DNA of 64,000 nt from Gemmatimonadales bacterium (GTDB lineage Bacteria; Gemmatimonadota; Gemmatimonadetes; Gemmatimonadales; GWC2-71-9): assembly GCA_041613315.1 (NCBI GenBank), contig JBFJHJ010000005.1, positions 43,997-107,996 of the forward strand, written 5' to 3'. Positions 28,081 to 37,798 of the stretch are shown one piece after another (the stretch's first letter is position 1; every line of letters starts with the position of its first letter). The translations under genes and the position numbers were made by a program. The notes under the pieces were generated by a model, which saw nothing but the letters and a program-made list of their open reading frames with translations, did not search any database and had not been told where the DNA came from.

Positions 28081-29526
28081 ATGCCAGACGATCGCCTCAC
28101 CGTCGAGCGGATCGACGCCTACCGCTGGCGCGTTCCTCGCACGGGCGGCATGCGGACCGACGGCCTCATCTTTGCCGACACCGCCTTGATGCACGACCTG
28201 GAAGGCGACCAGGCGGTGACGCAGGTCGTGAACGTGGCGCACCTTCCCGGGATCGTCGGCCCCTCGATCGCGATGCCCGACATCCACTGGGGCTACGGCT
28301 TCCCCATCGGCGGCGTGGCGGCGTTCGACGAGCGTGAGGGCGTGATTTCTCCGGGCGGCGTCGGTTACGACATCAACTGCGGCGTGCGGCTCCTCCGGAC
28401 ACCACTGTCAGTGAGCGACGTGCGTCCGAAGCTCGCCGCGCTGATGGACCGGCTCTTCGCCACTATCCCGTCGGGCGTCGGGTCGTCCCGCTCCGACATC
28501 ACGCTCTCGCCCCGCGCGTTGGACCGCGTGCTCTCCCACGGCGCCCGCTGGACGCTGGACGAGGGCTATGCCACCGCTCGCGACCTCGAGTGCATCGAGG
28601 CCAACGGCTCGCTCCCGGGAGAGCCCGACAAGGTGAGCGACCGGGCGAAGCAGCGCGGGAAGGCGCAACTCGGCACCGTCGGCAGCGGCAACCACTTCGT
28701 GGAAGTCGGCTACGTCGACGAGGTCTTCGACGACACGGCGGCCCGCCGTCTGGGCCTCGCGCCCGGGACCGTGACGGTCTTCATCCACTCGGGCTCGCGT
28801 GGACTCGGCTACCAGGTGTGCGACGACTACCTCGACCGAATGGTCCGTGCCGCTGCCAAGTACGGCATCGCGCTCCCCGACAAGCAGCTCTGCTGCGCCC
28901 CGCTCTCCAGCTCCGAGGCGAAGGAGTACCTCGGCGCCATGAACGCCGCGGCCAATTACGCGTTCGCCAACCGGCAACTCATGAGCCATTTCGTGCGGCG
29001 CACCATCGGCGACGTGTTCTCGCCGGCCGTGGCCGACGAGACGGATCTGGTCTACGACGTCGCGCACAACATCGCCAAGTTCGAGATGCATGAGGTGGAT
29101 GGCGCGCCGCGCCGGGTGTGCGTACACCGCAAGGGCGCGACCCGCGCGTTCCCCCCGGGACATCCCGAACTCGCGGAACGGTTTCGGGATATCGGACAGC
29201 CCGTCTTGATACCGGGGGACATGGGCCGGTACTCGTTCGTCCTCGTGGGAACGCCCGGCGCGTTCAGCGAGACCTTCGGTTCCACGTGCCACGGCGCCGG
29301 GCGACGCATGAGCCGGACGCAGGCTAAGAAGACCGCACGTTCTCGCAACGTCCCGCGCGAGCTCGAAGCGCGCGGCATCCTCGTCCGCGCCGCCAGCCGG
29401 CGCACCGTGGATGAAGAGATCCCCGAGGCGTACAAGGACGTGCAGCAGGTGGTCGACGTCGTGCACGGCGCCGGGATCGGCAAGAAGGTGGCGAAGCTCG
29501 TGCCGATCGGCGTTGTCAAGGGCTGA
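28081..29526 (+). CDS. rtcB: RtcB RNA ligase (long, archease-associated type)
   Basis: MPDIHWGYGFPIGG, GYDINCG, GSGNHF, HSGSRG, HNIAK, HRKGAT, CHGAGR, EAYKD. Confidence 0.96.
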   Translation: MPDDRLTVERIDAYRWRVPRTGGMRTDGLIFADTALMHDLEGDQAVTQVVNVAHLPGIVGPSIAMPDIHWGYGFPIGGVAAFDEREGVISPGGVGYDINCGVRLLRTPLSVSDVRPKLAALMDRLFATIPSGVGSSRSDITLSPRALDRVLSHGARWTLDEGYATARDLECIEANGSLPGEPDKVSDRAKQRGKAQLGTVGSGNHFVEVGYVDEVFDDTAARRLGLAPGTVTVFIHSGSRGLGYQVCDDYLDRMVRAAAKYGIALPDKQLCCAPLSSSEAKEYLGAMNAAANYAFANRQLMSHFVRRTIGDVFSPAVADETDLVYDVAHNIAKFEMHEVDGAPRRVCVHRKGATRAFPPGHPELAERFRDIGQPVLIPGDMGRYSFVLVGTPGAFSETFGSTCHGAGRRMSRTQAKKTARSRNVPRELEARGILVRAASRRTVDEEIPEAYKDVQQVVDVVHGAGIGKKVAKLVPIGVVKG

Positions 29527-29572
29527 GGGAGGGCGGAACGGCGGAAGGGTCGACCCTCGGTGAGCCCGGCGA

Positions 29573-30703
29573 TCAGCGCGACCGCCGGTCCGCCGGTCCG
29601 CCGGTCCGCTGCCCCAACACCTCCCATATGCCCGGATCCTCCGGCCCCAGCACCCACGCCGAAAACCCGCGCAAGCGGAATTCGTCCACCACCGCGAGCT
29701 TCGCCCGAAAGCTCCGGGTGTCCTCCAAGAACACCCACTCGAACGTGCCGCCGCGCGCGTACGCCCCGTAGGCGACCTGCTGCACGTCGTCCCACCGCGG
29801 CTCGGCGCCGTGGCGCTCGAGCAGCCCGAGAGCCCACGCATGGCTCACCTGCTCGCTGTACGACCGGGCCAGCTCGGGTACGATCTGGTCCTCGCGCGAC
29901 ACGTACCAGTGTTGGGACCCGAGCGGGATCCCGAGCGAGACTTTCCCGGCCGGCACCTGTGAGAGGACATACGCGATGACGTCCCGGACCCACGGGATAC
30001 CGGCCTGAGGGCCGGGGGGCGTCCGACGGGTGTGTTGGGCGTAGGTCATGAGCGAGAGGAAATCGCCCGCCTCCGCGAGCGCCCGGAGGTCGTAGCCGCC
30101 CCGCCAGCTCTCGAACAGCCACGCGTGGTACCGGCTCGGACCCGGCAGCACGTCGGGTCGATGCACCACCGCCACGCTGATCAAGCGCCCGGCCGCGTGC
30201 AACGCGCGGGCCGCCTCGCGGTAGAAGCGCGTATACGCGTCTCGGTCCGCCACGCTGAGATTCTCGAAGTCGAACTGGATCCCGAGAAACCCGTGGCGCC
30301 GGCAGAGCTCGACCATCGAGGCCACCGCACGCGCCCGCGCCGCCGAATCCGCCAGGAGCGCGCTCAGCATCTCCTGGTCGAAGCCGGGGTTCACGATGAG
30401 GGGCATCACGCCGACGCCGTGCTCCCGCGCCAGCGACACGACGCGCGGGTCCACCTCGCCCCAGACGATCCCGCGGGCATTTGCCGAGAAGGCGGCCGGA
30501 GCCACGATCGAGATCTGATCGATGTGGGTGAGCAGGCTGCGGTAGCTGTCCTCGCGATCCACATAGTAGAAGATCCGCTCCGGCTGGAGCTGGGCGGACG
30601 CCGCCCCGGCCGCCGCTACGAGCCACAGCATCGCCATGAGAAAGGACGCTGTCGCGGCCCCTCTACGCCCTGCGTCGCGCGGTCGTCCGTTCGCTGCCGT
30701 CAT
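29573..30703 (-). CDS. Secreted glycoside hydrolase family 18
   Basis: Signal peptide; GIQFDFE catalytic motif; MTY; terminal GFSAWVLGPED. Confidence 0.85.
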   Translation of the reverse strand: MTAANGRPRDAGRRGAATASFLMAMLWLVAAAGAASAQLQPERIFYYVDREDSYRSLLTHIDQISIVAPAAFSANARGIVWGEVDPRVVSLAREHGVGVMPLIVNPGFDQEMLSALLADSAARARAVASMVELCRRHGFLGIQFDFENLSVADRDAYTRFYREAARALHAAGRLISVAVVHRPDVLPGPSRYHAWLFESWRGGYDLRALAEAGDFLSLMTYAQHTRRTPPGPQAGIPWVRDVIAYVLSQVPAGKVSLGIPLGSQHWYVSREDQIVPELARSYSEQVSHAWALGLLERHGAEPRWDDVQQVAYGAYARGGTFEWVFLEDTRSFRAKLAVVDEFRLRGFSAWVLGPEDPGIWEVLGQRTGGPADRRSR

Positions 30704-30846
30704 CGATCACCCGGGTTCACGGTCGCTTCCACGTCCCGGGCAACCGTATCGTCCATCCGCGAGAGGTGTCAAGCCACGCCCGACCGCCCCCGCCTCCGGT
30801 GCCGACCTTGGCAAGGCGCCCCGGCCTCGTAGCTTTCCTGGTGACG

Positions 30847-32811
30847 ATGGCTCGCCAGCGGACGAAGACCCGTGCGTCAGGACGGGACGCGCAGCCCGCC
30901 CCGGCCGTGCCGGCGGGGTCGGGGGAGCTCCCGCCAGCGGCACGCCGCCCCCCCACGACCGTCGAGGGTGCGCGTGAGCGCGAGCGCATCCGAACCGTCG
31001 TGGTTCCCGACCACGACGATGTCGCCCTACTGGTCGCCGACCGGATGGTGGAGGTCATCGTGCGGGAGGTCGCGTCGAAAGGGCGCTGCGTCATCGGCCT
31101 GGCCACCGGCAGCACCCCCCTCGGCATCTATCGGGAGCTGACCCGCCGCCACCAGGCCGGGGAGGTCGAGTTCTCCCGTGTGATCACGTTCAACCTGGAC
31201 GACTATCACCCGATGCCGCGGGAGAGCCGGCACAGCTACCACCGCTACATGCGGGAGAACTTCTTCGATCACATCGACATTCCGCCGGCGAACGTTCACA
31301 TCCCGGACAGCGAGATTCCGCCCGACCAGCTCGCCGCGCATTGCGCCGCGTACGAGGCGGCGATCCGGGACGCCGGCGGGATCGACTTCCAGATCCTCGG
31401 CATCGGCAAGACCGGACACATCGGGTTCAACGAGCCCGGCTCCTCTCCCGATTCCCGCACGCGGTTGGTGAGGCTGGATACGATCACCCGAAAGGACGCG
31501 GCCGCGGATTTCTTCGGAGAAGACAACGTGCCGCGGCAGGCGATCACGATGGGGGTGGCCACGATCCTCGAGGCGCGGGAAATCGCCCTGATCGCGACGG
31601 GCGAGCACAAGGCGGAGATCGTGCGGCGGGCTGTCGAAAGCGCGGTATCGCACGACGTGGCCGCGACGTACCTCCAGCAGCACACGAACGCCACCGCGTA
31701 CCTGGATCTCGCAGCCGCCGCGCGGCTCACGCGCATCGAGACGCCGTGGGTGCTGGAGACCGTCGAGTGGACCCCGTCGATGACCGACCGTGCCGTGGTG
31801 TGGCTCGCGGAGCGGACCGGCAAGGCGATCCTCAAGCTGAGCGCCGGCGACTACACCGAGAACCACTTGAGCCCGCTCTTGGCGAAGTATGGATCCCCGG
31901 GCCCGCTCAACGGTGAGGTGTTCAACCGCCTGAAGGACAAGATCCGCGGGAAGTCGAAGCTTCAGTCAGGACGCCGGATCGTCGTGTTCTCGCCCCACCC
32001 GGACGACGACGTCATCTCCATGGGCGGCATCCTGCGGAAGTTGGCCGACAACGGGAACGAGATCACGGTCGCCTACCTGACCAGCGGGAACATCGCCGTC
32101 TTCGACGACGACGTGCGTCGGCATCTGGACTTCGTGGACCGCGCCGCGGCGGTCCTGGGCATTGACCGGGAGGGCCTCGCTCGGACGCGCCGCTCGGTGC
32201 TGGAGGCGCTGGCCGGCAAGACCCCGGGCGATGTGGATCTCGCCGCGGTCCAGGACCTGAAACGCGTGATTCGGGAATCCGAGGCGGTCGCCGCTCTGCA
32301 GGCCGTCGGCCTCGCGCCCACGGCGGCCCGGTTTCTCGACCTTCCCTTCTATCGAACCGGAGCGGTTCGGAAGCGCCCCGTGACCGACGAGGACGTTTCA
32401 ATCGTTCGGGCGGTCCTGGAGACGGCCCGGCCGGACGTCGTGTTCGTGGCGGGTGACCTCTCCGATCCGCACGGGACGCACCGGATGTGCAAGACCGCGA
32501 TCGATCGGGCCCTCGCCGAGTACGACGCGACGCGGCCCGAGGTGTGGCTCTACCGGGGGGCCTGGCAGGAGTGGTCGGTCACCGAAGCCGATGTGCTGGT
32601 GCCCCTCTCCGCCGACGAGCTCCGTGCCAAGATCATGGCGATCTTCAAGCACGAATCCCAGAAGGACACCGCGCTGTTCCCGGGCGGATACGACGACCGC
32701 GAGTTCTGGCAGCGGGTGGTGGCGCGGAATCAGGAGACGGCCGCCTGCGCCGACCGGCTCGGGCTGCCGGAGTACTTCGCGATGGAGGCGTTCGTGATCC
32801 GGCGACCCTAG
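30847..32811 (+). CDS. nagB: Glucosamine-6-phosphate deaminase fused to a PIG-L/LmbE-like domain
   Basis: GLATGSTP, TFNLD, GIGKTGHIGFNEPG; C-terminal SPHPDDD, DPHGTH, HESQ. Confidence 0.92.
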   Translation: MARQRTKTRASGRDAQPAPAVPAGSGELPPAARRPPTTVEGARERERIRTVVVPDHDDVALLVADRMVEVIVREVASKGRCVIGLATGSTPLGIYRELTRRHQAGEVEFSRVITFNLDDYHPMPRESRHSYHRYMRENFFDHIDIPPANVHIPDSEIPPDQLAAHCAAYEAAIRDAGGIDFQILGIGKTGHIGFNEPGSSPDSRTRLVRLDTITRKDAAADFFGEDNVPRQAITMGVATILEAREIALIATGEHKAEIVRRAVESAVSHDVAATYLQQHTNATAYLDLAAAARLTRIETPWVLETVEWTPSMTDRAVVWLAERTGKAILKLSAGDYTENHLSPLLAKYGSPGPLNGEVFNRLKDKIRGKSKLQSGRRIVVFSPHPDDDVISMGGILRKLADNGNEITVAYLTSGNIAVFDDDVRRHLDFVDRAAAVLGIDREGLARTRRSVLEALAGKTPGDVDLAAVQDLKRVIRESEAVAALQAVGLAPTAARFLDLPFYRTGAVRKRPVTDEDVSIVRAVLETARPDVVFVAGDLSDPHGTHRMCKTAIDRALAEYDATRPEVWLYRGAWQEWSVTEADVLVPLSADELRAKIMAIFKHESQKDTALFPGGYDDREFWQRVVARNQETAACADRLGLPEYFAMEAFVIRRP

Positions 32812-33476
32812 CGCTCTTTCCGCTTCTCGAAGAGCGCGTCCCACCCCCGCTGGATCGCCTTGGCCGAGCCCAAGCCCACCGCCATCGCGAACGCGACGGC
32901 AATCGCGCCGAACGCGATCAGGAAGCCCGCCAATACGAGCTGTGGCGCCAACCCCAACTGGTACAGCCCCAGCGCGCCCACCACGGTGAGCAGGACGCCC
33001 TTGAGCAGCTTCCCGATCAGCCGCGCGTGCTCGAATTCCTCCTCTTCGAGCGCATCCTGCGCTCGTTCAGCGACGACGTTGGAGACGAGCAGCCCGATGC
33101 CCACGATGACACCCACGAGCGCGAGGTTCGGCAGATATCGGACCGTCGCGCTGACCAGGTCCGAAAGCACGTTGAGGCCGAGGATGTCCAGCGCGTTCTC
33201 GAGGAACACGAGGATGACGAGCACCATCGCGATGTTGCCGAGCAGTTGGTATAGCGCGGCGCGCACGTCGCCCTTTCCCACGGCCGCCCGCCAACCGAAG
33301 CGCCCTCCCAAGCGATCGAGGCGGAGCCAGACGAGGATGCGCACGGTGGCGCGCTTCGCCAGCCACCCCGTCACCAGGCCCAGCGCGATGACGATGAGGC
33401 CGGCGGCCAGCGTCGGGAGATAACCCGAAAGGCGGTCGACGAACTCCGCGAGAGGACCGGTCTGCTGCACGGACAT
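32808..33476 (-). CDS. MscS-associated TM-helix (CmpX-like) membrane protein
   Basis: Two YLP-TM repeats; FAMAVGLG C-terminus. Confidence 0.75.
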   Translation of the reverse strand: MSVQQTGPLAEFVDRLSGYLPTLAAGLIVIALGLVTGWLAKRATVRILVWLRLDRLGGRFGWRAAVGKGDVRAALYQLLGNIAMVLVILVFLENALDILGLNVLSDLVSATVRYLPNLALVGVIVGIGLLVSNVVAERAQDALEEEEFEHARLIGKLLKGVLLTVVGALGLYQLGLAPQLVLAGFLIAFGAIAVAFAMAVGLGSAKAIQRGWDALFEKRKER

Positions 33477-33480
33477 GATG

Positions 33481-35727
33481 CTATCCACTCCCGAAGAAGA
33501 TCCGCTCGAAGCGGCGCGCCCGCCGCTGCTCGACATCACGCACGACGACCACGGGGTTCTTCCCCCGCTTCGCGAGCAGGCTCGGGATCGTCTCGCCCAC
33601 GATGGCCGCCACCGGCCCGGTGCTGGGCGCCCCGATCACCACGAGCGCGCCGCGGCGGACCGTGGAGGCAATGCCGCGCATCGCGTCGCGCCGGCGGAGC
33701 ACCTCGAGACCGTCGCCGAAGCTCGCGGCCTCCAGGGTCTCGCGCGCCGCGGCGACGTGCTCCTCCGCCGCCTGCTCCGAGAGCCCCCGCTCCACCACGG
33801 TCACGGCGCGGGCCGGCACCTTCAGCCATCCCGCAAGCGCGGGGGCCAGTTCCGCGGCCAGCGCCGAGTTGGGTCCTCTGGTGACCGGCACGACCACCTC
33901 GCGCAGTTCTCCCGGATCAATCGTCCCGTAGACGATGCCGACGCGCGACGGCGCGTCCTGGAGCACCCGCTCGACGATGGACGCGACGATCCGCTCGAGG
34001 AACGACTGCCGATGCGGCTGTCCGAGGATGAGGAAGTTGCACTCCTCCTCCCGCGCGGTCCCCACGATCCCATGGCTGATCCGCCGCGCGATCTTGACCA
34101 CGGGCCGCACGGTGACCCCGCGCTCCGCCGCGTACGCCACCGCTTCGTCCAGCAGCGGCTCGAGCGCGCGCGCGAGCCGCCGTCCGGCCAGAAGCGTTTC
34201 TCCCTCGGGCACCTCACCCACCGTGACGGCGACGATGTCGCCCTGATGTTGCTTGGCGATCGCGAGCGCCGCTTCCATGAGCGACTGCATCGTCCGGGGA
34301 CTGGAGACGGCCACGAGCACGCGATACTCTCGCCGCTCGATCCGCTCCATCCACTCCGCGCGTTCAGTGAACGCCTTCTCGCGCTTTCGGCTATACACGT
34401 AGTAGAAGCCCGTGCCGGCCGCGATCCAGCCTCCCGCCGCCGCCCAGGCCGTGGGATACTGGAAGAACATGAACACCGCCACGAACAACATCGTCACGAT
34501 CGCCAGGATCGGGATGACGGGCATGAGGGGCACCTTGTAGCCCCGGTCCAGCTCCGGGTGCATCCGGCGCAGCCGGATGCAGGCGACGTTGACCCCGCCG
34601 AACAACAGCAGGAACATCACGCTGGCGGCGGCCGCGACTTCCTCGATGGGCAGCGCGATCGCCATTCCGACGATGATGAGCGTCGAGAACAGGATCGCGT
34701 AGTGCGGTGTGGCGCGTTTCCGATGCACACGCGCGACGACCTGCGGCAGGCTCGCGTCCCGGGCCATGGCAAACGCCACGCGCGACGACGAGTACACGGT
34801 GGCGTTGAGGGCCGACAGCGTCGACAGGAGACCGCCCGCCAGGATGACGAACGCCCCACCCGGCACGAATTGCTCCGCCGCCGTCACCAGGGCGATCTCC
34901 TTCTCCTGCCCCAAGTACTGTGTAACGCTCAGGCCGGACGGCGGCGTAACCGCGCCGATGGCGACCAACGCCACCAACAAGTAGATCGGAATGACGATCA
35001 GCAGCGAGAGGAAGACGGCGCGCGGCACGTTGCGCTTCGGGTCTTCGACCTCCTCGCTGGTCTGGGCGATAATCTCATACCCCTCGAACGCGATGAACGT
35101 GAGCCCCATCGCCGCGAAGATGCCGGCCCAGCCTTCGCTGATGAACGGGGTAAACGATCCCTGCCAGCCGGGGCGCTTCGTCATCACCCACAGCCCCACC
35201 ATGATGAATGCCACGATGATCACGACCTTACCGATCGTGACCACGTTCCCGGCCTTACCGGTCTCGGATGCGCCCCGGTAATTGATGTAGGCGAACACCG
35301 TGCAGGCGGCGATTGCCAGCCAAATCTCGAGCGGGGCGATCGGGGGGCGCCACAGCGGGATGCCGGCGACCGCGAGCACCTCCTTGAAGTACGCACCGAA
35401 GCCGAGCGCGTACAGTGAGCAGGCGACGGCGTGCGCGAACCAGTCCATCCAACCGGCGAGGAACCCGCTCGGATCGGGCAGCGAGCGCTTGATCCACAGG
35501 TAGCCGCCCCCGGCGCCGTGGATCGCGCCCCCCAATTCCGCGTAGGCCATCGCCGTCAGCAGGGCGACGAGACCGTTCAGCAGAAAGACCAGGAGCAGGG
35601 CGGGGCCGGCGACACCCGCGGCGATGCCGGTCAACACAAAAATACCGGCGCCGATCATCGCCCCGACGCCGATCATCGTTATGTCGATGAGCCGCATCTC
35701 GCGGCTCAGGCGTACTTCCAGCGCCAC
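33481..35727 (-). CDS. APC-family amino-acid permease with C-terminal USP-like domains
   Basis: GAMIGAGIF, YAEL, FIAFEGYE, EEVEDPKRNVP; about 12 TM helices; two USP-like domains. Confidence 0.9.
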   Translation of the reverse strand: MALEVRLSREMRLIDITMIGVGAMIGAGIFVLTGIAAGVAGPALLLVFLLNGLVALLTAMAYAELGGAIHGAGGGYLWIKRSLPDPSGFLAGWMDWFAHAVACSLYALGFGAYFKEVLAVAGIPLWRPPIAPLEIWLAIAACTVFAYINYRGASETGKAGNVVTIGKVVIIVAFIMVGLWVMTKRPGWQGSFTPFISEGWAGIFAAMGLTFIAFEGYEIIAQTSEEVEDPKRNVPRAVFLSLLIVIPIYLLVALVAIGAVTPPSGLSVTQYLGQEKEIALVTAAEQFVPGGAFVILAGGLLSTLSALNATVYSSSRVAFAMARDASLPQVVARVHRKRATPHYAILFSTLIIVGMAIALPIEEVAAAASVMFLLLFGGVNVACIRLRRMHPELDRGYKVPLMPVIPILAIVTMLFVAVFMFFQYPTAWAAAGGWIAAGTGFYYVYSRKREKAFTERAEWMERIERREYRVLVAVSSPRTMQSLMEAALAIAKQHQGDIVAVTVGEVPEGETLLAGRRLARALEPLLDEAVAYAAERGVTVRPVVKIARRISHGIVGTAREEECNFLILGQPHRQSFLERIVASIVERVLQDAPSRVGIVYGTIDPGELREVVVPVTRGPNSALAAELAPALAGWLKVPARAVTVVERGLSEQAAEEHVAAARETLEAASFGDGLEVLRRRDAMRGIASTVRRGALVVIGAPSTGPVAAIVGETIPSLLAKRGKNPVVVVRDVEQRRARRFERIFFGSG

Positions 35728-35803
35728 GGCAAATCCGCTCGGGAAGGACGACTAGAGAGTGCGGAGGACTGCGCAACGGCGCAAGAGCGTACCGGCGTGG
35801 ATG

Positions 35804-35848
35804 AAAAACGGGCGGCCCGCGCACCCCGATCGGAGTGGCGGGCCGCCC
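35804..35848 (-). terminator. Rho-independent terminator
   Basis: GGGCGGCCCGC/GCGGGCCGCCC stem plus inner stem, followed by GTTTTT. Confidence 0.85.
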
Positions 35849-36230
35849 TACGCACTGGCTACCCGGAGCCAGGGGATTGACTCCCACTGTTCTTCTTCCT
35901 GCCGCCGCCGCCTGGACTGATGCGCCCGCGGTAGGGCTGGTCAGGAGCTCCGGCTTCCATCCCCAAGCGGCCTGGCCGGGCCGCAAGGTTCGCCGGTGCG
36001 GGCGCTGCGAGTCGGTCGAGTCGCGGATCGACCTCCCGCACTGCACACCGAGGCGCCACATCGGTGCGGACGAGGCACGCGACTGGCCTCGCCGATCCGG
36101 AAGGGGTGACCACCCGGATCGTCAGACGCCCGAGCCCTTGATCGTAGGCGCCCTCCCCGGAATTCCCTCGCCGGACCTGTCACCGGGAGCGCGGCGGAAA
36201 CTCGAAAGTCTCCTCCCAACGCCTCGTGAC
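35804..36230 (-). ncRNA. Candidate ~425-nt structured non-coding RNA, family not recognised
   Basis: Bounded by a promoter and terminator; at least 9 consecutive hairpins; no convincing ORF. Confidence 0.5.
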
Positions 36231-36236
36231 GTGCCC

Positions 36237-36264
36237 AATCTAGGAAAGGGAGGAGTGCGCGCAA
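36237..36264 (-). promoter_or_regulatory. Sigma70-type promoter for the candidate ncRNA
   Basis: TTGCGC-16 nt-TAGATT. Confidence 0.55.
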
Positions 36265-36477
36265 GTGCCGCTATTTCTTTGGGTTACGGCGTTGATGTGC
36301 AGGGCGTGTGGACGGAAAATTCCCTGTTTTTGGGGCCTCGCCAACTGGTTTCCACGGGATGTGGAGTTGTGCATAACCATCGGCCACATGCCGTCCACAT
36401 CGGCCACGATCGAGGATGGACGGGTCACGGAAAACGGGAGGAGGGGTGGCCGGGGGGCCGACGCCCCTGGCGGACGA

Positions 36478-37143
36478 TCAGCCTTCGAGTCCCACTTCCT
36501 CGTAGACGTAGGGATCACCGGACACGGCCGGTGCGAAGAGGACGCCACCGCCGCTGGTGGCGAACCAGCCGGCGAGCAGCAGGTTGGACCGCGCCGCCGG
36601 CTCTTGGAAGAGGGCCGACAACCAGCGCCGTACGTGCTTGAGCTCCGGCGCGCGGCGGGAGAACAGCGTGAGCACGCTGTTGGCGCCCTGCGTTGCCCGG
36701 AGAAAGTGCGCGACCGCGTGGACGCGCTGGGCGAACTCGTACGCGCGCACACCCGGCTCGTCGTAGAGGAGCGAGCCCTCATAGGGGTCCGCGGGGGGAG
36801 CGTCCATCCGCGGTCCGAGGTAGACGAAGATGCGGCGGCCCTCGCGCCGACGCTCGACGACCGCGGCGGCCGTCTCACCGCCCAGCCGCGCGGCATGGAT
36901 CAGGTCGTCGTCGCTCAGGACTCCCACGGTAATCGTCCACTCCAGCGCCGCCAGGGCGTTGTGGAGCGGGCATCCCATGTCCTCGTCGAACGCGAGGAGA
37001 CGAGGCGCTTCGCCCGCGCGCTGGAAGAAGTGGCCCAGAGCCTCGGGGCGATCCGGCCAGGTGCGCGTGGTCCGTGACACCGCGGGAACCGTCATAGTAT
37101 GCGGAAGATAACGGGGCCCGTCGGCAGCGAATAGGTGCTGCAT
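36478..37143 (-). CDS. Hypothetical cytoplasmic protein; alternative start 37095
   Basis: Protein-like composition; weak internal repeat (ALGHFFQRAG / AVAHFLRATQG). Confidence 0.7.
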   Translation of the reverse strand: MQHLFAADGPRYLPHTMTVPAVSRTTRTWPDRPEALGHFFQRAGEAPRLLAFDEDMGCPLHNALAALEWTITVGVLSDDDLIHAARLGGETAAAVVERRREGRRIFVYLGPRMDAPPADPYEGSLLYDEPGVRAYEFAQRVHAVAHFLRATQGANSVLTLFSRRAPELKHVRRWLSALFQEPAARSNLLLAGWFATSGGGVLFAPAVSGDPYVYEEVGLEG

Positions 37144-37201
37144 CACGTCGGCCGGTTCGGCGCCTTGCCCCGGGGCCGGGGGTGATGGCATCCTTCGGTC
37201 C

Positions 37202-37786
37202 ATGCGCCGCCCGGTGTTCTTCCTGCTGCTCGCCGCCACGCTCGTGGCGGCGACCCAAGCCAACCCGCGACTCTTGCGTCGCTGGGTCGGTTCGTACCAG
37301 GGCCGACCGATGCACCTGGATTTCTACGGCGACACGATGCTCGTGCTGAACGACGCCCTCGCCCTCGACTACCGGGCGACGCGCGACTCGCTTGTCGCCG
37401 TGGGCGACACGTCCTTCGCGGTGAGTTTCTGGTTCGCGCTCGACCGCATGCTGTTGCAGACGGCGCAGGGGGACGTCATCACCATGGCGCCGCAGGACGT
37501 GCTCGCGCGCCCCATCGAAGGGCGGTGGCTCGGCACCCCGAGCGACTCGGACCGGCCGATCGAGCTCCGGATGACCCGCAGCGGGACCGCCCGCTGGCGG
37601 CGCGAGCCGGACGGCACGTGGGTGAGCGGCGAGTGGGACCGCGTGATGCGGGTGATCTTGTTCACCTGGCTTCCGGATTCCGTCGTGTGGACCGCACGCT
37701 ACGATCCCGGCGGCAACGCCATGCTGGTGAGCGACATCCCGCCCGACGGGGGATCGGTCATCCTCCGGCGGTTCTTCCGCCGCTGA
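37202..37786 (+). CDS. Hypothetical secreted protein
   Basis: MRRPVFFLLLAATLVAA signal; two beta-rich halves (WVGS / GRWLG). Confidence 0.75.
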   Translation: MRRPVFFLLLAATLVAATQANPRLLRRWVGSYQGRPMHLDFYGDTMLVLNDALALDYRATRDSLVAVGDTSFAVSFWFALDRMLLQTAQGDVITMAPQDVLARPIEGRWLGTPSDSDRPIELRMTRSGTARWRREPDGTWVSGEWDRVMRVILFTWLPDSVVWTARYDPGGNAMLVSDIPPDGGSVILRRFFRR

Positions 37787-37798
37787 GGGCGCCCTCGC

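Noticed and set aside
33475..35418. Long antisense ORFs (also 11941-13839, 14094-15536, 51322-53100, 58780-60579)
   Set aside because: Shadow frames of well-supported genes in high-GC DNA; the products have no recognisable motifs.
36100..36120. T-box-like GGGTGGTCACC upstream of the amino-acid permease
   Set aside because: Has an extra base relative to GGTGGNACC, sits in its own hairpin and lies about 250 nt from the terminator.
35804..36230. RNase P RNA, tmRNA or SRP RNA
   Set aside because: Size fits RNase P or tmRNA, but GAGGAAAGTCC, tRNA-like ends and the SRP GGAAGGAAGCAGC motif were not found on either strand.
35859..36264. ORFs 35859-36113 and 35941-36264 as proteins
   Set aside because: Low-complexity R/G/P/A composition, no clear RBS, and one begins inside the predicted promoter.
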